Shown here: positions 20,255 through 28,586 of the stretch, in pieces
Layout of the letters: each line of letters opens with the position of its first letter
How positions within the stretch are numbered: the stretch's first letter is position 1
Assembly (NCBI GenBank): GCA_046313635.1
Contig: JBKBYA010000002.1
Location: 32,001-96,000, forward strand
Direction: 5' to 3'
Length of the DNA: 64,000 nucleotides
Origin: Pyrinomonadaceae bacterium
Lineage (GTDB): Bacteria; Acidobacteriota; Blastocatellia; Pyrinomonadales; Pyrinomonadaceae
Program-made: the position numbers and the translations under genes
Notes under the pieces: model-generated
The model's database searches: none
Seen by the model: the letters and a program-made list of their open reading frames with translations, nothing else
What the model was told of the DNA's origin: nothing

Positions 20255-20334
20255 GATTTGCGATCTGCAATTTTCGATTTGCGATTGGAGGGCCAACTCT
20301 TTGATCGAAAATTGCAGATCGGCAATCGAAAATT
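20255..20334. repeat. heptamer inverted-repeat element between rpsI and rpsB
   Basis: GATTTGC GATCTGC AATTTTC GATTTGC GATT ... GATC GAAAATT GCAGATC GGCAATC GAAAATT; perfect 17-bp stem 20262-20278/20304-20320. Confidence 0.9.
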
Positions 20335-20336
20335 CC

Positions 20337-20729
20337 TTATCTCTTCGAGAACTGGAAGCGCTTGCGTGCTCCCTTCTGACCGTACTTCTTACGCTCTTTC
20401 TTGCGCGGGTCGCGAGTCACGAGCCCGGCCTTTTTCAGCGTAGTTCTAAAGTCGGCGTTGTACTCGAGCAGCGCGCGCGTGATCCCGTGACGGACCGCAC
20501 CGGCCTGGCCGGCGGTGCCGCCGCCGTCAACATTCACGAGGATGTCAAATTTTGCGGCCGTCTCCGTCAAACGAAGCGGCTGGCGGATGATCATCTGCAG
20601 CGCTTCGTTGGGGAAGTACGAGTTGAATTCGCGGTTGTTGACCTTGATCTCGCCCGAACCCGGTCGAAGGTAAACGCGTGCGGTCGAGGTCTTTCTGCGG
20701 CCGGTGCCGTAATACTGAATGTCTGCCAT
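20337..20729 (-). CDS. rpsI: 30S ribosomal protein S9
   Basis: [41 protein letters not shown] at 20729. Confidence 0.98.
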   Translation of the reverse strand: MADIQYYGTGRRKTSTARVYLRPGSGEIKVNNREFNSYFPNEALQMIIRQPLRLTETAAKFDILVNVDGGGTAGQAGAVRHGITRALLEYNADFRTTLKKAGLVTRDPRKKERKKYGQKGARKRFQFSKR

Positions 20730-20737
20730 ATCTTGGT

Positions 20738-20806
20738 AGTGGTCAGTGACGAGCGGCAAGTGTCGAGTCGATCGCGGTCGTCACTCGTCACTTGTCACTT
20801 ACAACT
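20738..20806. repeat. heptamer inverted-repeat element between rplM and rpsI
   Basis: AGTGGTC AGTGACG AGCGGCA AGTGTCG AGT ... TCGTCAC TCGTCAC TTGTCAC TTACAAC T. Confidence 0.88.
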
Positions 20807-20809
20807 GTT

Positions 20810-21253
20810 TTATTTGGTCTCGATGTTTACTGCCTCGGGCTTCTGTGCTGAATGACGGTGGTCTGCGTCCGCGTAAACCTTGAGCTTCTTGGCCATCGCG
20901 CGTCCGAGCTTGGTTTTCGGCAGCATGCCCTTGACGGCCAGCTCGATCACACGCTCGGGATTTTTTTCGAACATGTCCTTGACCGAGACCTCGCGGAGAC
21001 CTCCCGGGAAGAGCGTGTGGCGGCGATAGACCTTTTGGTCATTCTTGGAGCCCTTGAAAATTGCGTGGCGGGCGTTGATCACGACGCAGTGATCGCCCAT
21101 GTCCAAAAAGGGCGTCCATTGCGGATTGTTTTTGCCCGAGATGATCCTCGCTACCTCGGTGGCGAGGCGGCCGACCGTTTTTCCCTTAGCGTCGACGACG
21201 AACCACTTCCGGTTATCGGCCAGACCTTTTCCGCTTGGAATAAAAGTACTCAT
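20810..21253 (-). CDS. rplM: 50S ribosomal protein L13
   Basis: RKWFVVDA.GK.VGRLA, TPFLDMGD.VVINA, AVKGMLPK..LGR; ATG at 21253. Confidence 0.98.
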   Translation of the reverse strand: MSTFIPSGKGLADNRKWFVVDAKGKTVGRLATEVARIISGKNNPQWTPFLDMGDHCVVINARHAIFKGSKNDQKVYRRHTLFPGGLREVSVKDMFEKNPERVIELAVKGMLPKTKLGRAMAKKLKVYADADHRHSAQKPEAVNIETK

Positions 21254-21296
21254 AGTGCACACACAGATAGATATTTCCGCAAAAATGCGAACTGAT

Positions 21297-21325
21297 AGAG
21301 TATCGAAGTTGATTTTTGAGGTCAA
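21297..21325 (-). promoter_or_regulatory. sigma70-type promoter for the rplM operon
   Basis: TTGACC-17 nt-TACTCT on the minus strand. Confidence 0.6.
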
Positions 21326-21352
21326 GCGGCCGTCGGGGACGTGACTGGCACG

Positions 21353-21904
21353 CTATGACAAGGGCTCAAATATGAAGCCAAAGCGGGCTCCGGCCATGAT
21401 CAGGCCGATGATGGTCTTGGCGTCCTCGATCTCGCCATCGCGAATGAGCCGAAACGCCTCGTCGAAGCCGTACCGCTCGATCTCGAGGATCTCGTCCTCC
21501 TCGAGCCTTTGAGCCGTCTCGGCGAGGCCGGTTGCCATATAGAGATGCATTTTCTCGGTCAAAAATCCGGGCGAGACGTAAAATTCGGTCAGCTTCTCGA
21601 TCCGCTCGGCCGTTACGCCGATCTCTTCCTCGAGTTCGCGGGCCGCGCCGGCCTCAGGCGGCTCATTCTCGTTCAGCGTACCGGCCGGTATCTCCAGGAG
21701 AAACTTACCGGCCGCGTGCCGGTACTGCCGGACAAGGGCGAGCGTCCCGTCCGCAAAAACCGGCACGATCACGCAGCTGCCATGATGCGTGACGATCTCG
21801 CGCTTGTATTCAACGTCGCCCTGGCGAATTTCGGCTTCGAGCACATCAAATACTTTTCCGGAATAGATCTGTCGTGAGGCTAATACTTCAGGTTTGTCCT
21901 GCAT
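21353..21904 (-). CDS. NUDIX hydrolase (ADP-ribose pyrophosphatase-like)
   Basis: LVRQYR, EIPAG..NENE.PEAGAARELEEEIG Nudix box, SPG, DAKT. Confidence 0.9.
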   Translation of the reverse strand: MQDKPEVLASRQIYSGKVFDVLEAEIRQGDVEYKREIVTHHGSCVIVPVFADGTLALVRQYRHAAGKFLLEIPAGTLNENEPPEAGAARELEEEIGVTAERIEKLTEFYVSPGFLTEKMHLYMATGLAETAQRLEEDEILEIERYGFDEAFRLIRDGEIEDAKTIIGLIMAGARFGFIFEPLS

Positions 21905-21954
21905 TGGTTTACTCGTGAACGGAGAGAATAGCATTTCCGCGCGATTGATATAGA

Positions 21955-23286
21955 ATGACCACGATGACGGGAAAACGTGTCGGTTTAGGCGTCTGCGGCG
22001 GGATCGCGGCTTATAAGGCGATCGAGGTGATGCGGCTGCTGCAGAAGGCGGGCTGCGTGGTCTCGGTGGCGATGACGCGGCATGCGACCGAGTTTATTCG
22101 GCCGCTGACGTTTCGTGCATTGACCGACAGGTATGTGATCGTCGACGACTACGATCCGGAGAATCCCGATCCGATCGCGCACGTCAACTTTTCGCAGAAT
22201 ATCGATCTGCTGCTCATCGTGCCCGCGACGGCGAACATCATCGCCAAATTTGCGAACGGCATCGCGGACGACTTTTTGACGTCGACGTATCTTGCCTCGA
22301 CCGCTCCGGTGATGATCGCTCCGGCGATGAACGTCTCGATGTGGGAACATCCGGCGACGCGGCGCAATGTCGAACGGCTGCGGGCGGACGGCGTGCGGTT
22401 TGTCGAACCGGTCGATGGCGAGCTAGCGTGCAAGACGGTCGGCACGGGCAAGCTTGAGGACGTTGAGAATATTGTCGAGCAAGCGCTCGACCGAATGCGG
22501 AATGCTGAACGCGGAGTGGGGAATCCGAAATCGAGTGATGCCGCGATCTCTAAAACCTCAGGTCGTGGCTCCGATATTCCGCATTCCGAATTCCGCACTC
22601 CGCATTCTGAGGATCTTGACGGCGAAAGGGTCTTGATCACCGTCGGCGGCACGCGCGAGGCGATCGATCCGGTGCGGTTCATCTCTAATCACTCGTCGGG
22701 GAAGATGGGATTTGCGGTCGCCGAGGCAGCGGCGGCACGGGGTGCCAAGGTCACGGTCGTCGCCGGCAGCACCAGCGAGCCGGAGCCGGGCGGTGTGCGC
22801 GTCGTCCGCGTCACGACGGCTGCCGAGATGTTTGACGCAGTGATGGCCGAGCTGCCGGACGCGACAGTTTTTGTCGGAGCGGCGGCCGTTGCGGATTACG
22901 CGCCGGCGACGGCTGCGGCGGGCAAGATCAAAAAGGACGGCCGCGACACGATGACGATCGAACTCAAAAAGACCCCGGACATTCTCGCCGAGGTCGCACG
23001 CCGCCGCCGCGAAGGGCAGATCGTCGTCGGCTTTGCGGCAGAGACAAGCAACGTCTTGGCCTATGCCCGTTCGAAGATGGAGAGGAAGGGACTCGACATC
23101 GTTGTCGCTAACGACATCACGCGAGAAGGTGCGGGCTTCAATACCGAAACGAACATCGCGACGATCCTGGTTCGCGGCTCGGAGGACGAGACCGAACTGC
23201 CATTGATGACCAAACGCGAGCTCGCCGACCGCATTCTCGACCGTGTCGTCGAGATGCGCGGCGCGGTGACATCGTCGCGACCTTAG
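21955..23286 (+). CDS. coaBC: bifunctional PPC decarboxylase/PPC synthetase (true start possibly ATG 21964)
   Basis: GGIAAYK, PATAN, PAMN, G.LAC...G.GK, TREAIDPVRFISN.SSGKMG, AAVADY, GFAAET. Confidence 0.97.
   Translation: MTTMTGKRVGLGVCGGIAAYKAIEVMRLLQKAGCVVSVAMTRHATEFIRPLTFRALTDRYVIVDDYDPENPDPIAHVNFSQNIDLLLIVPATANIIAKFANGIADDFLTSTYLASTAPVMIAPAMNVSMWEHPATRRNVERLRADGVRFVEPVDGELACKTVGTGKLEDVENIVEQALDRMRNAERGVGNPKSSDAAISKTSGRGSDIPHSEFRTPHSEDLDGERVLITVGGTREAIDPVRFISNHSSGKMGFAVAEAAAARGAKVTVVAGSTSEPEPGGVRVVRVTTAAEMFDAVMAELPDATVFVGAAAVADYAPATAAAGKIKKDGRDTMTIELKKTPDILAEVARRRREGQIVVGFAAETSNVLAYARSKMERKGLDIVVANDITREGAGFNTETNIATILVRGSEDETELPLMTKRELADRILDRVVEMRGAVTSSRP
22493..22607. repeat. in-frame heptamer inverted-repeat element in the CoaC-CoaB linker
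   Basis: GAATGCG GAATGCT GAACGCG GAGTGGG GAAT ... ATTC CGCATTC CGAATTC CGCACTC CGCATTC. Confidence 0.92.
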
Positions 23287-23531
23287 CGGCTCACCTTGCT
23301 GTTGTCCCAAAAATCGGGTTTGCGTGTCGGGATCGGACTATTCCTGAGTTTCTCGATCTGTTCTGCCCGGAGGCGAAGTTCCTCTTCGCGCTTTTGCCGG
23401 CGGGCCTCGCCCGTGAGCGGCGGAGTGCCGCGGTCGCCCCAATAGTATTTGACCGTGATGAAGATCAGCGTCGCGGAACCTATAATCGTCAGTAAGATCA
23501 CAAGCGTGATCAGCCATGCGAGGCTCGACAT
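23283..23531 (-). CDS. small single-pass membrane protein
   Basis: N-terminal TM, charged tail; TATCAT-6 nt-ATG upstream. Confidence 0.7.
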   Translation of the reverse strand: MSSLAWLITLVILLTIIGSATLIFITVKYYWGDRGTPPLTGEARRQKREEELRLRAEQIEKLRNSPIPTRKPDFWDNSKVSR

Positions 23532-23596
23532 GATTCAATGATAGCGTTCGCGTCGGTCTTCATCCAATCGGGCCACGTTCGCGCAGATCGGTTTTA

Positions 23597-24604
23597 ATGG
23601 ACACAAGATCGGCAATTCACGAGATAGCTGTAGACCTGCAAGAGCACCTGCTCTATCTGCAGGAACTCGGAGCTTCGGAAATGGCGGACGTGCTGCCCGA
23701 ACGGTTGGCCGCCGTCGAGCAAGAGCCGCGACAGGTGCCGCAGCGAATGCGTGCAGAGACCGCGCCGGCGCCGGTCGTTGTCGAAGCGGAGCGATTCGTC
23801 CCGCCGCCGGACATCGCCGCGATCACGCCGCCGGCGACGTCGCTGCCCGAGACCCCGCGTCCCGCGGCCGGCCGGTCGCGTCTTAACGAGCTGCCGTCGC
23901 TGTCCGCCCGAAGCACAATGCCAAAGAGAAGCCCCGCAAACTCTACGTCACCGCCGCAAAACGTTCAGCCGCCGGTCGTTTCGGCCGTGGTCGAGCAACC
24001 AGACACTGAAGGCTCGCTCTTTGGCGCGGCGGCCGGGCTGCCCGAGTCGTCGGAGACGCTCGAGCAGATCCGCGCCGACATCGGCGACTGCACACGCTGC
24101 CCGCTGTATTCCGGACGAACTCAGATCGTGCACAGCACCGGCAATACGACTGCGGATCTGATGTTCGTCGGCGAGGCACCGGGTGCCGACGAGGACGCGC
24201 AGGGCTTTCCCTTCGTCGGCCGCGCGGGCCAGCTTCTCACCAAGATCATCGAGAGCATCGGCTTTGCACGCGAGGACGTTTTTATCGGCAACATCAATCG
24301 CTGCCGCCCGCCCGGCAACCGAGCTCCGACTCTGCCCGAGGCTCACACGTGCCGGCCATTCCTTCAGCGCGAGATCGCCGTTGTCAGGCCGAAGGTCATC
24401 GTCGTGCTCGGCAACACGGCCATGCACAATCTGCTCGATACAAAGGTCGGGATCACAAAGCTTCGCGGCGAATTTCAGGACTACATGGGCATCAAGGTGA
24501 TGCCGACATTCCATCCGGCATTCCTCCTGCGCGACCCGCGCAAGAAGCGTGAGGTCTGGGAAGATATGAAGAAAGTTCGCGACTACTTAAAAGAGAACGC
24601 CTGA
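23597..24604 (+). CDS. family 4 uracil-DNA glycosylase with Pro-rich N-terminal extension
   Basis: CTRCPL, FVGEAPGADED, PFVGRAG, NINRCRPP, HTC, FHPAFLLR. Confidence 0.93.
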   Translation: MDTRSAIHEIAVDLQEHLLYLQELGASEMADVLPERLAAVEQEPRQVPQRMRAETAPAPVVVEAERFVPPPDIAAITPPATSLPETPRPAAGRSRLNELPSLSARSTMPKRSPANSTSPPQNVQPPVVSAVVEQPDTEGSLFGAAAGLPESSETLEQIRADIGDCTRCPLYSGRTQIVHSTGNTTADLMFVGEAPGADEDAQGFPFVGRAGQLLTKIIESIGFAREDVFIGNINRCRPPGNRAPTLPEAHTCRPFLQREIAVVRPKVIVVLGNTAMHNLLDTKVGITKLRGEFQDYMGIKVMPTFHPAFLLRDPRKKREVWEDMKKVRDYLKENA

Positions 24605-24633
24605 CGGCGGCGTAACGACATGGGGGAGAATTT

Positions 24634-25221
24634 ATGCAGGCCGGTCTATTCGCAGCGGGTGCGGGTGGTCCTTCGGGAGAGACGATCGCATCGATCGAGG
24701 ACGACATTCGGCAAAGGATCGCTCCGCTCTTTCCGGGCCGCGCTTTTGTTTTCGGCCTCGGCCCGCAGGATGCTGCGGTCGTCGCCGTGGGCGAATCGCC
24801 GGGGCCGCCCGACCTCGCGACGGGCCAGCCCTTCACCGGTCCCGCCGGCGACCTGCTCAAGCGCATTCTCGCGTCGATCGGCCTTGGTCGATCGGACTGC
24901 TATCTAACAAACGTCGTCAAATTCATCTCTCAAGGCGACGAACTAACGCCGGAAACCATCGATCTGTTCACGCCGTTCCTCCGGCGCGAGATCGCCGCTA
25001 TATCGCCCGAGGTCGTCCTGCTGCTCGGGTCGACGCCGACCAGAGCGCTTCTCAACACAAAACAGCCGATCTCAAAGGCCCGCGGCGAATTCACCATCAT
25101 CGACGGCATCGCCTATATGCCGACATTCAACCCCGCCTATTTGCTGCGCGATCCGACAAAGAAAAAAGAAGTCTGGGACGACATCAAAAAGGTGCGCGAG
25201 TTTCTGTCGCGGCTCGGCTGA
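24634..25221 (+). CDS. divergent UDG family-4-like paralog lacking Fe-S cysteines
   Basis: VGESPGPPD, PFTGPAG.LL, YLTNVVK, FNPAYLLRDP. Confidence 0.85.
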   Translation: MQAGLFAAGAGGPSGETIASIEDDIRQRIAPLFPGRAFVFGLGPQDAAVVAVGESPGPPDLATGQPFTGPAGDLLKRILASIGLGRSDCYLTNVVKFISQGDELTPETIDLFTPFLRREIAAISPEVVLLLGSTPTRALLNTKQPISKARGEFTIIDGIAYMPTFNPAYLLRDPTKKKEVWDDIKKVREFLSRLG

Positions 25222-25335
25222 ATCTATCGGCCCGCCCGTGTCGAAACAATCTGCCGGAGGGAATCTGCGCTCGCCTTTTGATCGCAGGCAGACAGACCGG
25301 CAGGTCGATCTGTGCGACCGTTAGACCCCGGCATC

Positions 25336-26223
25336 ATGAATATCGCCCCCGACAGCAATGATCAGTTCCTGATGGAGGGCATCGCCGCGTGCCGCGAGAT
25401 CACCCGCCGTTACGGCACGAGCTACTACTTTGCGACGCAGTTCTTTCCGCCCGAGGTCCGCAGCGGGGTGTATGCCGTTTACGCATTCGCACGCATTCCC
25501 GACGAGATCGTCGACGACCCGGACGCGACGGACCGGCAGGACGTTCTCAGGCGGCTCAACGAATGGCGCGACCGCTGGCTCGAGGCGATGGAGCTAGGCA
25601 GGAGCGACGACCCGGTGCTGAACGCGATCGTCGTGATGTTTAGGAAATACGGCATCCCGGTCTCGGACGGCGAGGCATTTTTGCGGTCGATGTTTCTCGA
25701 TCAGGAAAAGTCTCGTTACCGCGACTTTTCGGAGCTCGAAGATTATATGTACGGCTCGGCCGGCGTGATCGGACTAATGGTCACGCGCATCGTCGGCTGC
25801 TCCAGCGAGGAGGCGTTTCCATTCGCAGTAAAGCTCGGTTACGCATTTCAGCTCACCAACTTTTTGCGCGACATTCGTGAGGACTACGAGGACCTCGGCC
25901 GGATCTATATGCCGCAGGACGAGATGGACCGTTTCGGCTTGTGCGAGAGCGACATCGCGTCGCGGCTGCACGATGAGCGGTTCGTCGAATTTATGAATTT
26001 TCAGATCGCGCGCAACCGCGAGATCTACCGCGAGGCGCTGCCGGGAATAAAGCTGCTCCACTGGCGCGGCCGGCTCGCGGTGCGGATCTCGTACGTTTTG
26101 TACAAGGCCATCCTCCGCGAGATCGAACGGGCGAACTACAATGTCTACGCCGGCCGCGTCCGCACGAGCTTTGGGCAAAAGGTGTGGCTCTCGCTCAAGG
26201 CCGTCGGCGGCGTTTATGAGTAA
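25336..26223 (+). CDS. crtB: phytoene synthase
   Basis: YGTSYYFAT, YAFARIPDEIVD, SAGVIG, LGYAFQLTNFLRDIRED, GRIYMP. Confidence 0.93.
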   Translation: MNIAPDSNDQFLMEGIAACREITRRYGTSYYFATQFFPPEVRSGVYAVYAFARIPDEIVDDPDATDRQDVLRRLNEWRDRWLEAMELGRSDDPVLNAIVVMFRKYGIPVSDGEAFLRSMFLDQEKSRYRDFSELEDYMYGSAGVIGLMVTRIVGCSSEEAFPFAVKLGYAFQLTNFLRDIREDYEDLGRIYMPQDEMDRFGLCESDIASRLHDERFVEFMNFQIARNREIYREALPGIKLLHWRGRLAVRISYVLYKAILREIERANYNVYAGRVRTSFGQKVWLSLKAVGGVYE

Positions 26224-27715
26224 AAAGGTTGTCATCATCGGCGGAGGGATCGGCGGTCTTGGTGCCGCCTGCCTTTTTGCGCGCAAGGGCTACGGCGTCA
26301 CGCTTGTCGAAAAGAACGAGCACCTCGGCGGCCGAGCGAACATATTCGACGCCGACGGCTTCCGTTTCGACATGGGGCCGTCATGGTATCTCGCGCCCGA
26401 CATCTTTGAGCATTTCTTTAAGCTCGTCGGCGAGCGTGTCGAGGACCATCTCGATCTCGTCAGGCTCTCACCGTCGTATCGCATCTTTTTCAGAAGCGGC
26501 GAGCGGCTCGACATCCAAAGCGATATCGAGAAAGACGCGGCGACATTCGAAGCGATCGAGCCCGGGGCGGGCGACAAGCTGCGGGCTTACCTCAAGCAAT
26601 CCGAGTATCAGTACGGCGTCGCGACCGAACATTTCATGTTCAAGAACTACGACACGATCTTCGACTTTTTGAATCGCCGGGTGATGACCGAGGGGCAAAA
26701 GCTCTCGGTCTTTTCGACGATGCACAAGTTCGTGTCAAAGTTTTTCCGTTCGCCCGAGCTGCGTCAGGTGATGGAGTACACGATGGTCTTTCTCGGCACC
26801 TCGCCGTACGAGGCGCCGGCACTCTACAACCTGATGTCGCACATGGATTTTAACCAAGGAGTGTTTTACCCGCGGGGCGGCTTTTACGAGCTGATCAAGG
26901 CGCTCGCCGCGATCGCCGAAAAGAACGGGGCCGCACTGCGGACAAGTTCTCCGGCCGTGCAGATCGTAGTTCGCGACGGCAAGGCCGCCGGCGCGCGGCT
27001 CGAGTCGGGCGAGCAACTCGACGCCGACATCGTGATCTCTAACGCGGATCTCTGGTTCACCGAGACTCGCCTGCTCGCGGGCGGCTCGACGTCGCTCGGC
27101 GAACGCTACTGGAAAAAGCGTGTCATGGCGCCGTCGGCATTCATCCTTTATCTCGGCGTCAGCGAAAAGCTGCCGAATCTGGTTCACCACAACCTGCTTT
27201 TTTCCGAGGACTGGCGAAAGAATTTCGACGACATCTACAGGCATCCGCAGCTGCCGCACGAGCCCTCGCTCTACGTCTGCGCGCCGAGCGTGACCGACGA
27301 CACCGTCGCTCCCGAGGGAAAGGAAAATCTGTTTGTCCTTGTGCCCATCGCCTCGGGCCTCGAGATCTCGGACGACGAAAAAGAGAAGTATGCCGACCGC
27401 GTGCTTGCGCTGATGGAGAGAGAAATGGGTTTGCCCGGCCTGCGCGGCAAGATCGAGTGTCGCCGCGTCTATACGGTCGAAGATTTTTTTCGCGACTACA
27501 ACAGCTTTCGCGGCTCGGCACTCGGGCTCGCGCACACGCTGCGGCAGACGGCGATATTCAGACCGAAGAATTATTCAAAAAAGGTCCGCGATCTATACTA
27601 CGTCGGTGCCGGGACCAATCCCGGCATCGGCACGCAGATCTGTCTGATCAGCGCCGAGCTTGCGTACAAGCGCGTTCACGGCATAAGGTCGGCCGGGCCG
27701 CTCGATCGGCTCTAG
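26216..27715 (+). CDS. crtI: phytoene desaturase-family oxidoreductase (CrtI/CrtD)
   Basis: IIGGGIGGL, EKN..LGGRA, FDMGPSWY, YPRGG, G.ALGLAHTL.QT..FRP, YYVGA.T.PG.G. Confidence 0.9.
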   Translation: MSKKVVIIGGGIGGLGAACLFARKGYGVTLVEKNEHLGGRANIFDADGFRFDMGPSWYLAPDIFEHFFKLVGERVEDHLDLVRLSPSYRIFFRSGERLDIQSDIEKDAATFEAIEPGAGDKLRAYLKQSEYQYGVATEHFMFKNYDTIFDFLNRRVMTEGQKLSVFSTMHKFVSKFFRSPELRQVMEYTMVFLGTSPYEAPALYNLMSHMDFNQGVFYPRGGFYELIKALAAIAEKNGAALRTSSPAVQIVVRDGKAAGARLESGEQLDADIVISNADLWFTETRLLAGGSTSLGERYWKKRVMAPSAFILYLGVSEKLPNLVHHNLLFSEDWRKNFDDIYRHPQLPHEPSLYVCAPSVTDDTVAPEGKENLFVLVPIASGLEISDDEKEKYADRVLALMEREMGLPGLRGKIECRRVYTVEDFFRDYNSFRGSALGLAHTLRQTAIFRPKNYSKKVRDLYYVGAGTNPGIGTQICLISAELAYKRVHGIRSAGPLDRL

Positions 27716-28560
27716 AAATGCCGCGTCAACGCCACGTAGCAAAAGATCGCAAAGCCGCACAGGGTGTTGACCAAAGGGAAAATGCGATAGATCGGAAAGA
27801 GTCCGCTGCGGCGGCGGCCGACGGCGAGCGAGATCAGCATCAGCGTCGTGTACACGACGCCGAGCGAGACGCCGAGTGCCGGCTCCTCGGTCATGATCAG
27901 CAGTGCGGCCGCGAGATATGCGACGAGACAAAACACGACCGTGCTCGTCGAGCCTAGAAAGGTCGCGATCGTCCTGACGCCGGCACGATGATCGGCATCG
28001 ATATCCGGCACGGCCGAGTAAGCGTGCATCGCCATCGTCCAAAACCATCCGGCGACGACGACAACGAGCGGCGGAAAGGTGCCGGCCGTGATCTGATAGG
28101 CGAAGACGCCCGGCAAGACATACAGACCGTTGAAAGCAGAATCGAGTATCGGGATGCCCTTGGCCCTGGCCGGCGGCGCCGAATAAAAGATCGAGAGAAG
28201 CAAAAAGGCGACGAGCGTGAGAAAGGACGCAAGCGATGTGAACATTGCCGCGACGACGAACGGGACGGTCACGACGGCTATCGCGGCTGCGAGCACCAAA
28301 CGCTTGTCGGGCGTGACGAGCAGCTCGTACCCGGCCTTCTTCTCGTTCAGGACGTCGGTCTCAAAATCGAATATGTCGTTGATCCCGTAAACGAGCAGAT
28401 TTGCCGGAAAGAGAAAATAGAGGCCAAAGATGATCGCGGTCGCCGTCGTGAGCTCCGCGATCGAGTCGGCCCCGGCGACGAGCCCGATCAGGTACGGTCC
28501 AAATAGATAGATCCAAAATCTCGGCCTGCTGACTTTGAAGAAGAATCGTGGATTGGGCAC
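27712..28560 (-). CDS. lyeJ: UbiA-family prenyltransferase, lycopene elongase-like (LyeJ/CrtEb)
   Basis: SRPRFWIY..GP, PANLLVYGINDIFD..TD..N.KK, YSAPP.R.K, W.MAMHAYSAVPDIDAD..AG..TIAT; located within a crt cluster. Confidence 0.82.
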   Translation of the reverse strand: MPNPRFFFKVSRPRFWIYLFGPYLIGLVAGADSIAELTTATAIIFGLYFLFPANLLVYGINDIFDFETDVLNEKKAGYELLVTPDKRLVLAAAIAVVTVPFVVAAMFTSLASFLTLVAFLLLSIFYSAPPARAKGIPILDSAFNGLYVLPGVFAYQITAGTFPPLVVVVAGWFWTMAMHAYSAVPDIDADHRAGVRTIATFLGSTSTVVFCLVAYLAAALLIMTEEPALGVSLGVVYTTLMLISLAVGRRRSGLFPIYRIFPLVNTLCGFAIFCYVALTRHF

Positions 28561-28586
28561 GGCGGGATTATAGCTCAGAAATAGAA

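Noticed and set aside
25225..25310. Possible riboswitch upstream of crtB (CTGCCGG...CCGGCAG pairing)
   Set aside because: Only short GC-rich pairings and no conserved aptamer motif I can recognise
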